A stretch of 63,962 nucleotides of DNA, counting the filler, from Octopus bimaculoides (taxonomy: Eukaryota), in NCBI RefSeq assembly GCF_001194135.2. It is 6 parts of 6 records of this genome, joined end to end, with 100 filler letters (N's around TTAATTAATTAA, not from the genome) between each part and the next. Parts side by side here need not be neighbours in the genome. Positions count along the whole stretch, not along the records: positions 34,442 to 40,227 come from NW_026433310.1; positions 40,328 to 58,353 come from NC_068986.1; 4 more parts are not named here. The stretch is one strand, 5' to 3'. The position numbers and the translations under genes were made by a program. The stretch's first letter is position 1; the number at the start of each line of letters is the position of its first letter. Of this stretch, positions 39,875 to 53,421 are shown in pieces. Under the pieces are notes generated by a model, which made no database searches, was not told the DNA's origin, and saw only the letters and a program-made list of their open reading frames with translations.

Positions 39875-40227
39875 TCATCATCATCATCATCATCGTTTAA
39901 CGTCCGCTTTCCATATTAGCATGGGTTGGAAGATTTGACTGAGGACTAGTGAAACCGGATGGCAACACCAGGCTCCAATCTGATTTGGCAGAGTTTCTAC
40001 AGCTGAATGCCCTTCCTAACGCCAACCACTCAGAGAGTGTAGTGGGTGCTTTTACGTGTCACCCGTACGAAGGCCAGTCAGGCGGTACTGGCAACGGCCA
40101 CGCTCAAAATGGTGTATTTTATGTGCCACCCGCACAAGAGCCAGTCCAGGGGCACTGGCAACGATCTCGCTCGAAAATCCTACAAAAGCCAGTCATGCGG
40201 TACTGACAACGGCCACGCTCAAAATGG
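39875..40227 (-). mobile_element. RTE LINE 3' end, reverse orientation, cut by a gap
   Basis: Near-identical to 5311-5650. More degenerate copies lie at about 6960-7015, 8405-8700, 13620-13865, 15240-15420, 17142-17530, 18080-18200 and 18790-19040. Confidence 0.85.
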
Positions 40228-42587
40228 NNNNNNNNNNNNNNNNNNNNNNNNNNNNNNNNNNNNNNNNNNNNTTAATTAATTAANNNNNNNNNNNNNNNNN
40301 NNNNNNNNNNNNNNNNNNNNNNNNNNNACCGCCACCACCACCATTACCATCGCCACCACCGCCGCCATCACGTCCAGAACCAGCAACACAACATGAAGTA
40401 CAAATATCTCTATCCGCCATTTCCAGCGTCCTCATCCCTAATCGATATCATTGCTGTTAATGAAGCCACCATCATCCCCACCACTTCTACCGTCCTCGCC
40501 ATCACCGCCAGGAACAAGGCCACAACCCAGCCACACCAACCCCACCGCCATCACCGCCGCCGCAGCCCACCAACAACAACAGCAACAACAACTGCATCAG
40601 TACAAGTCATTAGTAATAGTAACCAGAAGGAATCCACTCTGTTCTGCTATTCTATACATACATACATACATACATACATACATACATACATACATACATA
40701 CGAGCTCATACACACACACGCACACACACATATATATCTATATATCTTTATATATATATTATATAAATATGTATATGAATACATGCATATATATGTATAT
40801 GAATATGTGTATATATATATATATATGTATTTGTGTGTGCGTGTAAATACATGTACATGTATACATATATATACATATAAATGCATGTATATAATATACA
40901 TGTATGCATATATATATATACATGTATGCATATATATATATACACACACACACATATATATATATGCATACATATGTATATATATATATATATATGACTT
41001 TCGCGTAGCTGTTCTACATTTACACATCTAAGTCGATGATATTAATGATTCATGTTTTTTTATCTGCCGCTCCCTTGCAATCACACATTTTTGCAGACAC
41101 AGAAAAAAAAACAAAAAACAAAACCAGAAACAAACAGCATACACTTGCCCCCTCCACCTCTTTAGATACCACCCTACACACAGACACACACATACACATG
41201 CATAGACACAGACATACATTCGCATGACTGCAAATATTGACGCGCACACGCATACATTCACACCTCGAATATCCAAACACAAGCACTCTAATATCAGGAT
41301 CAATAGACACAGTGGTTGCGTGGCGTAAAGTTTCGCTTCTCGACCATGCGGTTTCACGTTCAATTTCACATCACGGCGTCCTGGATACGCGTTTTCCATC
41401 ACAGCCATAGTTTGACCAATGATTTGTGAGTGGATGCTGGTGATAGAAACTATGCAGAAGCCGATTGTACATACGTACATGTGCAAATATACGCATCGGG
41501 TTCAGTCCCGCTTCGTGTCACCTTAGGCAAGTATCTTCTACTATAACCCCGGGCCGACCAAAGAAGCCTGTCGTATATATGTGTCTGTGTGTGCGTGTGT
41601 AAGATCCTGGGATCGAGGTGTAGGAAGAAAGTTAGTTTCGTGAAATCCGTAGTAAATATAAAAAGGTAACTTTCAGGAACAATTGTGGCTTATTGAGACG
41701 GAAGGTTGCGGAGTTTTCTTTTCCTTTGTCGAAGAACGATTTACAAAAAAGAAGTTCTATTTTTTTGTTCCTCGGTAGGCAACCAGAGTTGCCGAGTGTG
41801 CGAAAAAGAATACAAGAGTTACGGAATGGAGTATGGGAAATCCCGGCTACATACGTTAGGTGTGTACCACCGGCTGTTCTTCAGGTGAAGGATATCCTTG
41901 GCCTGAAGAATAGCCGGCTNNNNNNNNNNNNNNNNNNNNNNNNNNNNNNNNNNNNNNNNNNNNNNNNNNNNNNNNNNNNNNNNNNNNNNNNNNNNNNNNN
42001 NNNNNNNNNNNNNNNNNNNNNNNNNNNNNNNNNNNNNNNNNNNNNNNNNNNNNNNNNNNNNNNNNNNNNNNNNNNNNNNNNNNNNNNNNNNNNNNNNNNN
42101 NNNNNNNNNNNNNNNNNNNNNNNNNNNNNNNNNNNNNNNNNNNNNNNNNNNNNNNNNNNNNNNNNNNNNNNNNNNNNNNNNNNNNNNNNNNNNNNNNNNN
42201 NNNNNNNNNNNNNNNNNNNNNNNNNNNNNNNNNNNNNNNNNNNNNNNNNNNNNNNNNNNNNNNNNNNNNNNNNNNNNNNNNNNNNNNNNNNNNNNNNNNN
42301 NNNNNNNNNNNNNNNNNNNNNNNNNNNNNNNNNNNNNNNNNNNNNNNNNNNNNNNNNNNNNNNNNNNNNNNNNNNNNNNNNNNNNNNNNNNNNNNNNNNN
42401 NNNNNNNNNNNNNNNNNNNNNNNNNNNNNNNNNNNNNNNNNNNNNNNNNNNTCTGTGTGTATCAAAAATATCGCTATCAATCTGGAGTAATAATTTGTAG
42501 TTTTGAAATCAGTAGTTCTTTGACTGCTATTTCTGAATTCTCAGTATGTTGGAGAAGCAGGTTACTGTCAATCCCTATATATTTGTG

Positions 42588-42618
<31 letters not shown>

Positions 42619-42624
42619 AATATA

Positions 42625-42842
42625 ATATGTGACAATTGTTTGGTTGCCATAAAAAGACACCGAGTTTCGGATGTCGGGGCGGAAAACTGCTCCGGCATCT
42701 CGTCAGTTATAGAGGCAATCGAAAAATGCAAAATTACATTTTTTTTTATTGCCTCTATAACTGACGAGATGCCGGAGCAGTTTTTCGCTCCGACATCCGA
42801 AACTCGTAGTCTTATTATGGCAACCAAATAATTGTCACATAT
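42625..42842. repeat. Inverted duplication (95-bp arms, 28-nt spacer) with a hammerhead-like core in each arm
   Basis: 42625-42719 against 42748-42842, 6 mismatches. CUGACGA-[GAUG/CAUC + CGGAGC/GCUCCG]-C-GAAAC at 42761-42803. Confidence 0.93.
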
Positions 42843-43907
42843 ATTACAGATAAATTCCTCTATTTACATAATATCGAGGTCTCATTCATTCTTTTGTTGC
42901 CTTACCATTATTATTAATATATATATATATAAATATATATACATATATACGTGTGTGTGTGTGTGTGTCTTTGCATCTTTGTTTGTTCACCACCATCTGT
43001 GTTGGTTTGTTTACAACCGTAACTTAGCGGTTTGGCAAAAGAGAATGATACAATAAGTACCAGGCTTGAAAAAAAAAAAAGAAAAAAAAACAGGCTCTGG
43101 GGATCGATTCATTCGCCTAAAAATTCTTCATGTCAAGGCTCCAGTATGGCCGCAGCCTAATACCTGAAATAAAGTAAAAGATGAAAGAACAACGTGTACT
43201 TTACACTTTCTAAGCTTACAGTTATTACAGAAGCATCAACTCGTGGAAAATTTGTCAGGAAATAGCAGTATTTATAACCACATGTCACTAAATATATTCA
43301 TTATATTTTATATGTAAGAGAGTTGCAATGAAAATGTCAAGTAGCATTTGAAAAATTATGAAACTTCCACAAGGATGCTAAGTGGCTGACAAGGCTCAAC
43401 TGAAGTTATTAGTCAATTTGTGTCAAAGTGTATATAAAATCTAGCTTGGCAACATCGAAAAAAAAAACCCCACAAAAACATGAGAAATTGCTTACTTTTA
43501 TTCTGATGATATTTCATTCATAATTTCGGAAATTGATATCTGATTCATTGTTATGTAGTTTCGAGTTAATATGTTGATGATATTGATAACGTTTCGTCTG
43601 TATATTTGTATAACTGTAAAAGTACGCACCGTATAGATTCTTGCCTTTTCGAGGACAGAGAGAAATTGACATGCCTGAAGTTACAGCAATTTACATGGTT
43701 GTGTGGTAAAGGAACTTGCTTTACAACCATTTGGTTTCGGGTTAAGTATTCCGGCGCGTCACGCTGTGTATGTGTCCTCTACTATAGTCCCAGCCCACCA
43801 GTACCTTGTAAGAGAATATCGTAGACAGAAAGTCGGAAACTATGTGGAATCCTTCATGTACGTGTGTGCGTGCATGTGAGTATGTGAGTCTATGTGCGGG
43901 TTTGTGA

Positions 43908-44148
43908 GTGGCTGAGTGGTAAGAAGCTTGCTTCCCAACCACATGGTTCCGGGTTCAATTCCACTGCGTGGCACCTTCGGCAAATGTCTTCTACTATAGC
44001 CTTGTGAATAGATTTGGTAGATCTTCTCGATCTAACATGTTAGCTGCTTTGCGCAATAAGGCCCATTGCATGTATGTAAATGTATCTGTGTGTGTGTGTG
44101 TGTGTGTGCAATGTGTGCGTGCGTGTGTATGCATGTGTGTGTTTGTGT

Positions 44149-44182
<34 letters not shown>

Positions 44183-44393
44183 GTCAGTCTGCATATGGGT
44201 TTTAGTATCTGACCGATTGACCATAGATGCCCCAGTTACTTAACGATTCGGCAATAGAGAGTAATAAAATAAGTACCAGACTTAAAAAAGAAAAAAGGTG
44301 GAAGCATTTGGTCCGATTTCTTTGGCTAAAATCCTTTGTGGCGGTGCCTCAGCATGGCCGCAGTCCAATGACTAAAACAAGTAAAAGCGTAAG
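43908..44393 (+). mobile_element. Bipartite SINE with an expanded central microsatellite
   Basis: Head C at 43908-44050 and tail Z at about 44190-44393. Other partial copies at about 3022-3160(-), 5147-5300(+), 8200-8403(+), 9975-10145(-), 13870-14005(-), 31135-31260(-), 42960-43170(+), 52158-52315(-) and 60795-60950(-). Confidence 0.8.
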
Positions 44394-44394
44394 A

Positions 44395-44525
<131 letters not shown>

Positions 44526-45055
44526 AGATATTATAGATAGATAGATGGATATAGATTAGATAGACAGATAGATATAGATAGATAGGTACACAACACCGAC
44601 ACAAATACACACACACATGCACGTACCCTGTTGTAGTCAGTAAATACTTTTGGCTACAATCTTTAGTAGAAATTGGTATAATATACTTTACAGAATATTT
44701 TACATGCACTATTCTCATTCTTGGCAGAAGGATAAAAACAAAAAAGAAAAAGTTAAAAAAAGACCAAATAAAAAAAAAGAGCAAAAAACCCAACCAGCTT
44801 TGCTGCTGGTTTTCATTCTCTCGAAGCCAATACACTCTTTGCTTACTTATAGTGGAAGGAAATTTTGCTTACTCATCATTTTGCAGGCCTCTTGATGGCA
44901 ACCAATAACTTCCTCTGCACCAGGCGGGCGGGAGGCATCGCTTCTTCATGTTCTCTCACTCAACAAGCAATTTTGTTATACAAGTTGGTGGGCGGAGTAC
45001 TCATATTCTCTTTTATAGGTCACCGAGGGATTTGATTGATCGTTTTTTTTTACCA

Positions 45056-45113
<58 letters not shown>

Positions 45114-45297
45114 CATTCACTGTCTTCTTTTTCTTTTTCTTTTTCTTCTTCTTCTTCTTCTTTTTCTTCTTCTGAAAAGCGGTTTCAGCAAAAAGTAATA
45201 ACATTAATAGCATCAGTAAGAACAATAGCAATAACAACTATAAACAACAACTATAAAACATTAAGAACAACAAGAACAACAATAACAACAACGGCAA

Positions 45298-45344
<47 letters not shown>

Positions 45345-45427
45345 ACCACAAAAACCCTTCAATAGGAATAAGAAACAATAAATAAGAATAGGAATAAAAA
45401 TAAAGAGTAACGTCAATAATAATAATG

Positions 45428-45486
<59 letters not shown>

Positions 45487-47166
45487 CACTACAACAATAA
45501 TAACAGCGATGATGATGATGATGATGATGGACATAAAAATTATGATAGCCACAAAATAACAAGATTAACAACTACAATAGCAATAACAACAACAACAAAC
45601 AAACAAACAAAAACGATGGCGACAACAACAATAACAGCCATATAAACAACAAGAAGAAATAAAAAACAAAAACAAAAAAAAACAAAAAAAATACGTTATC
45701 AAATGGAGCTAAGTCTATGCAGTGAGGTCAGCAGTCAAATCAGTCAACCGCTTTGCTTGCAGACCATTAAACTGATCTGCTCTGATCTGCATTTGATATC
45801 ATATTCTTTGAAAACAGACTAAGGCTGCTGTCTGCAACTCTTGCAATGGAAGAAGGTGGCGGGAGAGAAGCGTGCGGAGGGAGAGAAACTGCTCTATTGA
45901 ACACTATACGACTGACAGAAGTCTGGCGCCTGAACTAATAATTTTTCAATATGGCTGAATTTATCCATGCAAGCTTTCTCCCTGTTTTGGTACTTAAGTG
46001 AGAGAAACATGTTCCGTTGAATGGCTACTGTCCGTTAACTTGATTTTTGTTTTCTTACATCCAACCCCACTTGGATCTTACACTCTATATTTATGGTGGA
46101 TCGTCATACATATATGTTTTATTTACTGGGAATTACACTATTATATTATGCTTCATAATAATCCTCTCCGACTACAGTAAAATGGAGGATGTAAATGTGC
46201 CTTAATTCCCAAGAGGCCTTTTAAGATTCGGCTATTGTTGAGCTTCTGATCAGCCCTGATCGAGTTGGTTTATGATCAAAGGCGTTCAAGCAACGACTTC
46301 ATCCATCTTTCAGAAAGAAAAAAAAAGAGTGTATCTTGAACTACATTATCCACTGCTTTCCCTTTCAAGATATTAAGGTGCTATTTTAGGGAGATTTGCT
46401 TGCTTTTTTTTTTTTAGCAGATCAGTCTATCATAAGGAAGCTCTCTTGTTGGTGCAGTTAATTATGAATAGTCTCGATCGGGAAGATTTCTCCATGACCA
46501 TCTTGCCTGTTATATTTAGATGTGGATGTAGGGCTAATCTATTGGAGGTGTCCATTCCTTTATAATACAATAGGGCGCGATAAAAATTTGGCTGCTAATT
46601 AAAACTGCCCGACTGATCGTGTCGGGATCCTCTCTTTGGATTGATTCTTGATTCTGGCATTAAGATGGTAAAAACGATCAGCACATCCTCATTCCACTCT
46701 GGATAAGACTACAGTCTATTGTTATAAGATTCTCAGGAAGTAGATTTTTCTATAGAGGTACATACAACACGCAAAATGAAAGATTTGCTTCCGAGACAGA
46801 TCAAAATTTCTTATTAAAGACTTAAGAACTGAAGTTATCAATACTCAGTCATCATATTACATCAATATAATCAGTCATCATATTACTCTGCTGCCAGTTT
46901 CATGGGATTATAAAGCTGTTTGATAGTTGTAAGTCTTCTTTTTATTCTCTGCGTAACATTATACACATTTATTATTAATATATTGACTGCAATAGCCTGT
47001 GGTCTTATGCAGAGTAGAATAAGCACATAGTGATCGCTTTTACCCGCTTGCTGCCAGAATTACGACCCGAGCCAATGAGATGACTCCTACACGACCGATT
47101 ATCTTCTAAATCTTCTACTCATCACACTCTGTTATATTATAAAGAAATGGACACATTAGTGTAGTC

Positions 47167-47463
47167 CAGTAGTTCCCAAACTTTTTCAGGCTGCCGTCTC
47201 CTTGGCACCCTGGCCACATTCCTAAGAGCCCTCCCACCCACCGCTACTCACCACCATAAACATAGACAATTTTCTGCAGCAAATTCAAAAGAACCGTGTT
47301 TCACAAATAAAACTTGAACCAAATGAACCCGTAATTCTTTTTTTTTTTTTACATCCATCGCCCTCTTTTGGTCACTCGATTATCGTCCCACTTTTCTTCA
47401 ACACCCCTATCGAAACTTTCCACCGCCCCAGTGGGGCAGTACCGGTCACTCTGGGAACCACTG
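47167..47463. mobile_element. hAT (Charlie-like) MITE
   Basis: TIRs CAGTAGTTCCCAAA / CTGGGAACCACTG. The 8-bp flanks GTGTAGTC and GTGTTGTT match at 6 of 8 positions. Confidence 0.8.
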
Positions 47464-48112
47464 GTGTTGTTCTACATCCACTGCAACCGGAGAAAAACAA
47501 AAGCAAAAACAAAGATGTGATGGTCTGTTTGGTCAAGACTGCCCTGGAGTTAAACAATCCCAATAACCACACCAACGAAAGGGGCTTCTTTATTATTATT
47601 ATTATTGTATGTGTTTTCTGGTGGTCTGTCCACATGCTAAAGTTCTATAGTATTTTCATATTCTATAGTATTTTCATTATCAGAAAAATAAAGGTTCCCA
47701 TTAGTAAAAGGGAATTTTTACTTAGAGCAATTGAAATTGGGTGACTCATCTTACATGAGTAACTTTGCCACACTCATCTGTCTCAAGTATTTTCTCTTGT
47801 AGCTAGTGGAAGACATCTTGAAACAATGTTGTGTATTGTCTTAGAAAATGCACCATGCCGTCGACATATGTCGTATATTTTATACTAGTTACGGATATTT
47901 ATTCCAATGTACTTAGTAATGAAAACCTAATCCTTAGTAGTGAAAACCTATCAGAAACCGTGTTGCTTCAGTTGATGTAATTCGGTCGTATTGTTTTTAA
48001 GCCAGTGTGGAGCATCTTGATAAAATCTGACACATTATTTTAGGAAATACATCATGCAGAAGAGGTTTATCATTTATACTGTAGTAATTGTGGATATTTC
48101 TATCAATACGGC

Positions 48113-48440
48113 TGGGACTTCATCGGTTACAACGACGAGGGTTCCAGTTGATCCTATCCACACGAACAGCCTACTTGTGAAATCAACGTGCAAGTGGCTG
48201 AGCATTCCACAGACACATGTGTCCTTTAACGTTGTTCTCAGGGAGATTCAGCGCGACACAGAGTGTTACAAGGCTGGCTCCTTTGAAATACAGGTACTAA
48301 TAAATTTTTGACGGCTGAGTGGACTGGAGCAATGTGAAATAACGTGTCTTGCTGAAAGACACAACGCGTCGCCGGGAATTGAACTCATGATTTTGCAATC
48401 GAGAGGCGAATACCCTAGCCACAAAGCCACGTGCCTTCAC
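48113..48440 (-). mobile_element. tRNA-derived SINE, head B + tail X
   Basis: Head and central domain match 17817-18070; tail matches 10895-11279. A headless relative lies at about 9672-9915. Confidence 0.85.
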
Positions 48441-48467
48441 ATTTCTGTCAATATACCTAAATAGCTA

Positions 48468-48676
48468 AGGTGGCGAGCTGGCAGAGTCGTTAGCATGCCG
48501 GACAAAATGCTTAGCAGCATTTCATCCGTCTTTACGTTCAAATTTCACCGAGGTCGACTTTACCTTTCATCATTTTAAGGTCGATAAAATAAGTACTAGT
48601 CGACCACTGAGGTTGATATCAACTAGTCCTCTCCCCTGAAATTCCAGGCCTTGTGCCTATATTAGAAAGGATTATC
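48468..48676 (+). mobile_element. SINE of a further family (ggcgagctggcagagtcgttagc head)
   Basis: tRNA-like head, then gaggtcgactttacctttcatcattttaaggtcgataaaataagtac. Degraded minus-strand copies at about 7385-7490 and 11780-11890. Confidence 0.75.
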
Positions 48677-49229
48677 AATAGTCTTTCTTCCTTCAGTCTT
48701 CTTGCCATTTCTTGCCGAGTTTTATCNNNNNNNNNNNNNNNNNNNNNNNNNNNNNNNNNNNNNNNNNNNNNNNNNNNNNNNNNNNNNNNNNNNNNNNNNN
48801 NNNNNNNNNNNNNNNNNNNNNNNNNNATATATATATATATATATATATGTACATAAGTAACCTTTGCGCTACGGAATTCTGCGTTCCTTCCTTCGTATCT
48901 ACCGTAATTCGAAATTCCATAAAACTCTTCTGTGTTATAAAATGCGATGCGTTCCAGAGAAATCATTTTGGAAAAAATATCCCCAAACCACTTTTATGCG
49001 TTGCATTATTAATTTTTTAGGCTGACACAGAACAGTGTGTGTGTATATAATGACTTTTGATGGCAACTGCATCTGGGAATAAATTAGCATGTGATAATAT
49101 CGTAGTAGGTCACATTCTCACCGGTAATGATAGTGACTGCTGTGTGATAGGTGGTGGTGCGATGGGAATTACTGGAAGGAAAAGAAGCACTATCTTTTGC
49201 CCTGTATATTACCATCTGCAGCAACTGTG

Positions 49230-49600
49230 TTTGACGTTTGACGCTTCTTACCTTCGTGTTAGAGCTGGGCTCGTTATGAGTTCCTCTTGTAATTTTCCTG
49301 TTATGTGCATGATGAAGGTTGTTATCAGCTTAGACTTGCAGACTTTCCTCTATGAGTGCCATGCTTTTAGTAACATTCTTTGCAGTCAATTGATGTACTG
49401 TGGATTATGCTTCTATATCCTCTTCTATTGTTCGTTGTTGTTCGAACATTTCAAATTTCCAAACTTCTTTGTGGGATCCTTGTAACTTAGCCACACCATC
49501 TCTTCTGACCTCATCAAATCCTGCATCATTTACGAGGGTAACAATAGCCTTTTGATCTTGATTTTGATTTTATGTTGCCGGAAATTATGGGGAACTGCAT
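49230..49600 (-). mobile_element. Possible Tigger-like transposase C-terminal remnant
   Basis: IVTLVNDAGFDEVRRDGVAKLQGSHKE (49507-49545 and flanks) resembles the Tigger IV.LA...GF.EV...DV.ELL.SH segment; heavily decayed. Confidence 0.4.
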
Positions 49601-49782
49601 AAGTCTTTCAGATCAAGCTTTACGAGCAAGAACACATTTGTCTTCAGAAAATGCATTTCCAATGTTTGAAAATCGTTATGTAAACATGTAGCTGTTGCTT
49701 GAAACTCTTCTGGATTTATTAGCATATCAAGTCCAGTTTGGTCACTGAATAAACGTTCAAGAGCTGTCCTTAATATAACCGT

Positions 49783-50162
49783 AACAAGAGCACTCAAAGA
49801 GCGTAAACCTCCGCCAAGGCAACACCAACGTCCTCTCAACGATTAGCCAGAGATGATTTTTTAAATGAGAATATCTGAAATAAACTCTACTGCTCTCACA
49901 AACGAGAATACTAAAAATGAACCCAACCATTCTCAAAAATTAAATAAAAACAAAACAAAACAAAAAAAAACAGGAGAAATAATCCAGAATCTTTGTCTGG
50001 TACGGATCGATCTCAAAGTCTAATCAGTTCGTGCCAGTCACGAGACCAAGCATCCCTGAAAGTTTCATCCGGATCCATCCAGCGGTTCTTGAGATATCTT
50101 GTCCACGGACAAACAAATACAACTGAAAACAATACCTCCGCCTTAACGAAGGCGGAGGTATT
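49783..50162 (-). mobile_element. Non-autonomous Helentron-associated (HINE/DINE-1-like) element
   Basis: On the minus strand: subterminal repeat TACCTCCGCC with an adjacent inverted copy (14-bp hairpin at 50131-50162), a (TGTT)-type tract, a second subTIR GGCGGAGGT (49807-49815), and a short 3' stem-loop gctctttgagtgc before the end. Confidence 0.7.
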
Positions 50163-51154
50163 CTTTTCAGTTGTATAAATGTCTAGACTAATAAGTGTTT
50201 ATTCTACACATGCATCTGGCATCGAGTCGGTCTAAAGGCAAAGTCATTTGCCTAATGACCTCAGGTTCAATAAATACATATGTGGCCTAATCAGGAAAAT
50301 TAGGATTTAATGCACATCGTCTCTCGCATTTCCTCGTCTCTGTACGCATCTGTTAGAAAGCCTAAATTTAACGGAGTGGATAACGTTGTTTCTGAAATGT
50401 CTGGATTTCGTGGCACGGATGTTATACATAGGCCAAGGTGGTAAGTCGGTAGCTTTACAGCAGCAAAAGCTGTGCCTTCCGTCAAGTAGCTGTTTATGCG
50501 CCGACTGAGTGGCTTGCTTTCTTTAAGTGTCTAGACTCATTCTTATAAATATACCGCTAGTTAGTGCTCGAGGAAGGCAAATGGATTGACATTACTGACG
50601 CACGCTGGATTGTGTGCGGCCCCACAAATCTGCTCAAGAAATTCCAACGTTCTAGATGATACCTACTGTATTACTGGATGAAGCAAAGAAGAGGTATCGT
50701 GATATCGTATTTGTTATGTTAGTGGATAATGTAGCACAGAATATGTAAAATTTCAGCTGATCTCTCTCCCACTTTTCTCTCACTGCTGGAAAAATCTTGT
50801 GTGTTTTCCCACCAATTTTTAAAATTTGTCCACTTTCATGTATAACGCCTTTTTTATCTTACTTGTTTGTCTTATCATACATATTTTATAAGCCACCTTC
50901 TAGTCTTAGCGCATCGTATTTTGTACGCATGAATAATGATATATGTAATTGCTCTTAGAGGGTAAAATATCCGGTCGGTTGCATTTTAATTTGGTTGATG
51001 TTGCTATTTTATTATTTCAGCAATATTCTTTTGCATGTACCTCTCTTGTCCTGTACGTATGTAACGAATGTATATGTATGTATGTATGTGTATGTTTAAT
51101 GTACGCATGTACTTGTGTTTTTATGTACTTATGCATTGTATGAATGAGCACTTA

Positions 51155-51206
<52 letters not shown>

Positions 51207-52078
51207 GAGCATACGTGCTTATATGTATGTGTGTGTTTTTGTGTGCATGCGTGTGTGTGTCTATATTTGTATGTAAGCAATACCTATCTATCGTTTAATC
51301 TTTGAATCGTTCAGTATTTTCTCACGCACTCACAAACTATGTATGTATATATGTATGTATGTATGTATATATGTACGCATGTATGTACGTATGTACGTAC
51401 GTATGTACGTATGTATGTATGTATGTATGTATGTATGTATGTATGTGCATATATAAATGTACTATGAAATACATTATTTTATATTTATTGTAAAAACCAA
51501 CGGATCATATGACCCTTCCCACCCGGTATAGTTTTGTGATTATATCACGGTGGGAAAAAGAATATTGGGTGGATAGGTTGCGGGGTGGCTTGAGCAGGTG
51601 AGGGGAGTTATTGCTCACCACAAGCTTGTATTGTACATGACATACCGACGTAATGCAAACAGGATATAAAATAGGAGTGTAAAATGAAAGATAGAAGGAT
51701 TGGGTAGTAGAAACGGCGACGAGGAACGATATATATATATATATANNNNNNNNNNNNNNNNNNNNNNNNNNNNNNNNNNNNNNNNNNNNNNNNNNNNNNN
51801 NNNNNNNNNNNNNNNNNNNNNNNNNNNNNNNNNNNNNNNNNNNNNNNNNNNNNNNNNNNNNNNNNNNNNNNNNNNNNNNNNNNNNNNNNNNNNNNNNNNN
51901 NNNNNNNNNNNNNNNNNNNNNNNNNNNNNNNNNNNNNNNNNNNNNNNNNNNNNNNNNNNNNNNNNNNNNNNNNNNNNNNNNNNNNNNNNNNNNNNNNNNN
52001 NNNNNNNNNNNNNNNNNNNNNNNNNNNNNNNNNNNNNNNNNNNNNNNNNNNNNNNNNNNNNNNNNNNNNNNNNNNNNN

Positions 52079-52137
<59 letters not shown>

Positions 52138-52486
52138 TATATACATATATGTATTTGACGGTCGTGTTTCTGCTTCCGTCTACCATATCCACTCACAAGG
52201 CTTTGGTCGGCTCGAGGCCGAGGCTATAGAAGAAGACACTTGCGCAAGGTGTCACGCAATGGGACTGAACCCAGAACCTTATGGTTGGGAAGCAAGCTTC
52301 TTACCACACACCCATGTATCTATCTCTCTCTCTCTCTCTCTCTCTCTTTCTATTTATCTATCTATCATCTACACAAACATATGTATGTATGTATGTATGT
52401 ATGTACGTGTTTGTATGCATGCATGTATGTATGTATGTATGCATGTATGTATGTATGCATGCATGTATGTATGTATACATGTATCT

Positions 52487-52865
52487 GTGGCACTCCGTCG
52501 GTTACGACGACGAGTGTTCCAGTTGATCCAATCAACGGAACTACCTGCTCGTGTAATTACATGCAAGTGGTTGAGCACTCCACAGACACGCGTACCCTTA
52601 ACGTAGTTCTCGGGGAAATTCAGCGTGACACAGTGTGACAAAGCTGGCCCTTTGAAATACAGGTACAACATAGACAGGAAGAAAGAGTGAGAGAAAGTTG
52701 TGATGAAAGAGTACAGCAGGGTTCGCCACCACCCCTTGCCAGAGTCTCGTGGAGCTTTGGGTATTTTCGCCCAATAAACACTCACAACGCCCGGTCTGGG
52801 AATCGAAACCGCGGTCCTACGACTGCGAGACCGCTGCTCTAACGACTGGGCCATTGCGCCTCCAC
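52487..52865 (-). mobile_element. tRNA-derived SINE, head A + tail X
   Basis: Collinear with 10895-11279 over its full length. Confidence 0.88.
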
Positions 52866-53288
52866 TATGTATGTATAACCTAGGCGTGATGTACCGAATG
52901 ACGTATGCAGACCTTCCTCCGATGTATTAAGGTTCACTTGATGTTGTATCCGGTTCTGCTTTCTAATGACTAGCATCATTTGATGGCTGATGTTGACGTG
53001 GTTTTGTACAATAGCTACGGGTGGTGGTGGTGACGTCAACGATGATGACGACGACGACGACGATGATGTCGACGACATTGGCGCTGGTGTTGAACGTCCT
53101 GATGCTGAGGTATTAGTCATGACGATAATGATGATGATGATGATGATGATGACGACGATGATGACGATGATGATGACGATGATGATTATGGTGATGACGA
53201 CGACAATTAGGATGATGATAACGATGTAGCTAATGATGTTAAATACATTATTCATCGACAGTGAGCACCAGATGAGTACACAGACACG

Positions 53289-53341
<53 letters not shown>

Positions 53342-53350
53342 ATCTATCTT

Positions 53351-53421
<71 letters not shown>

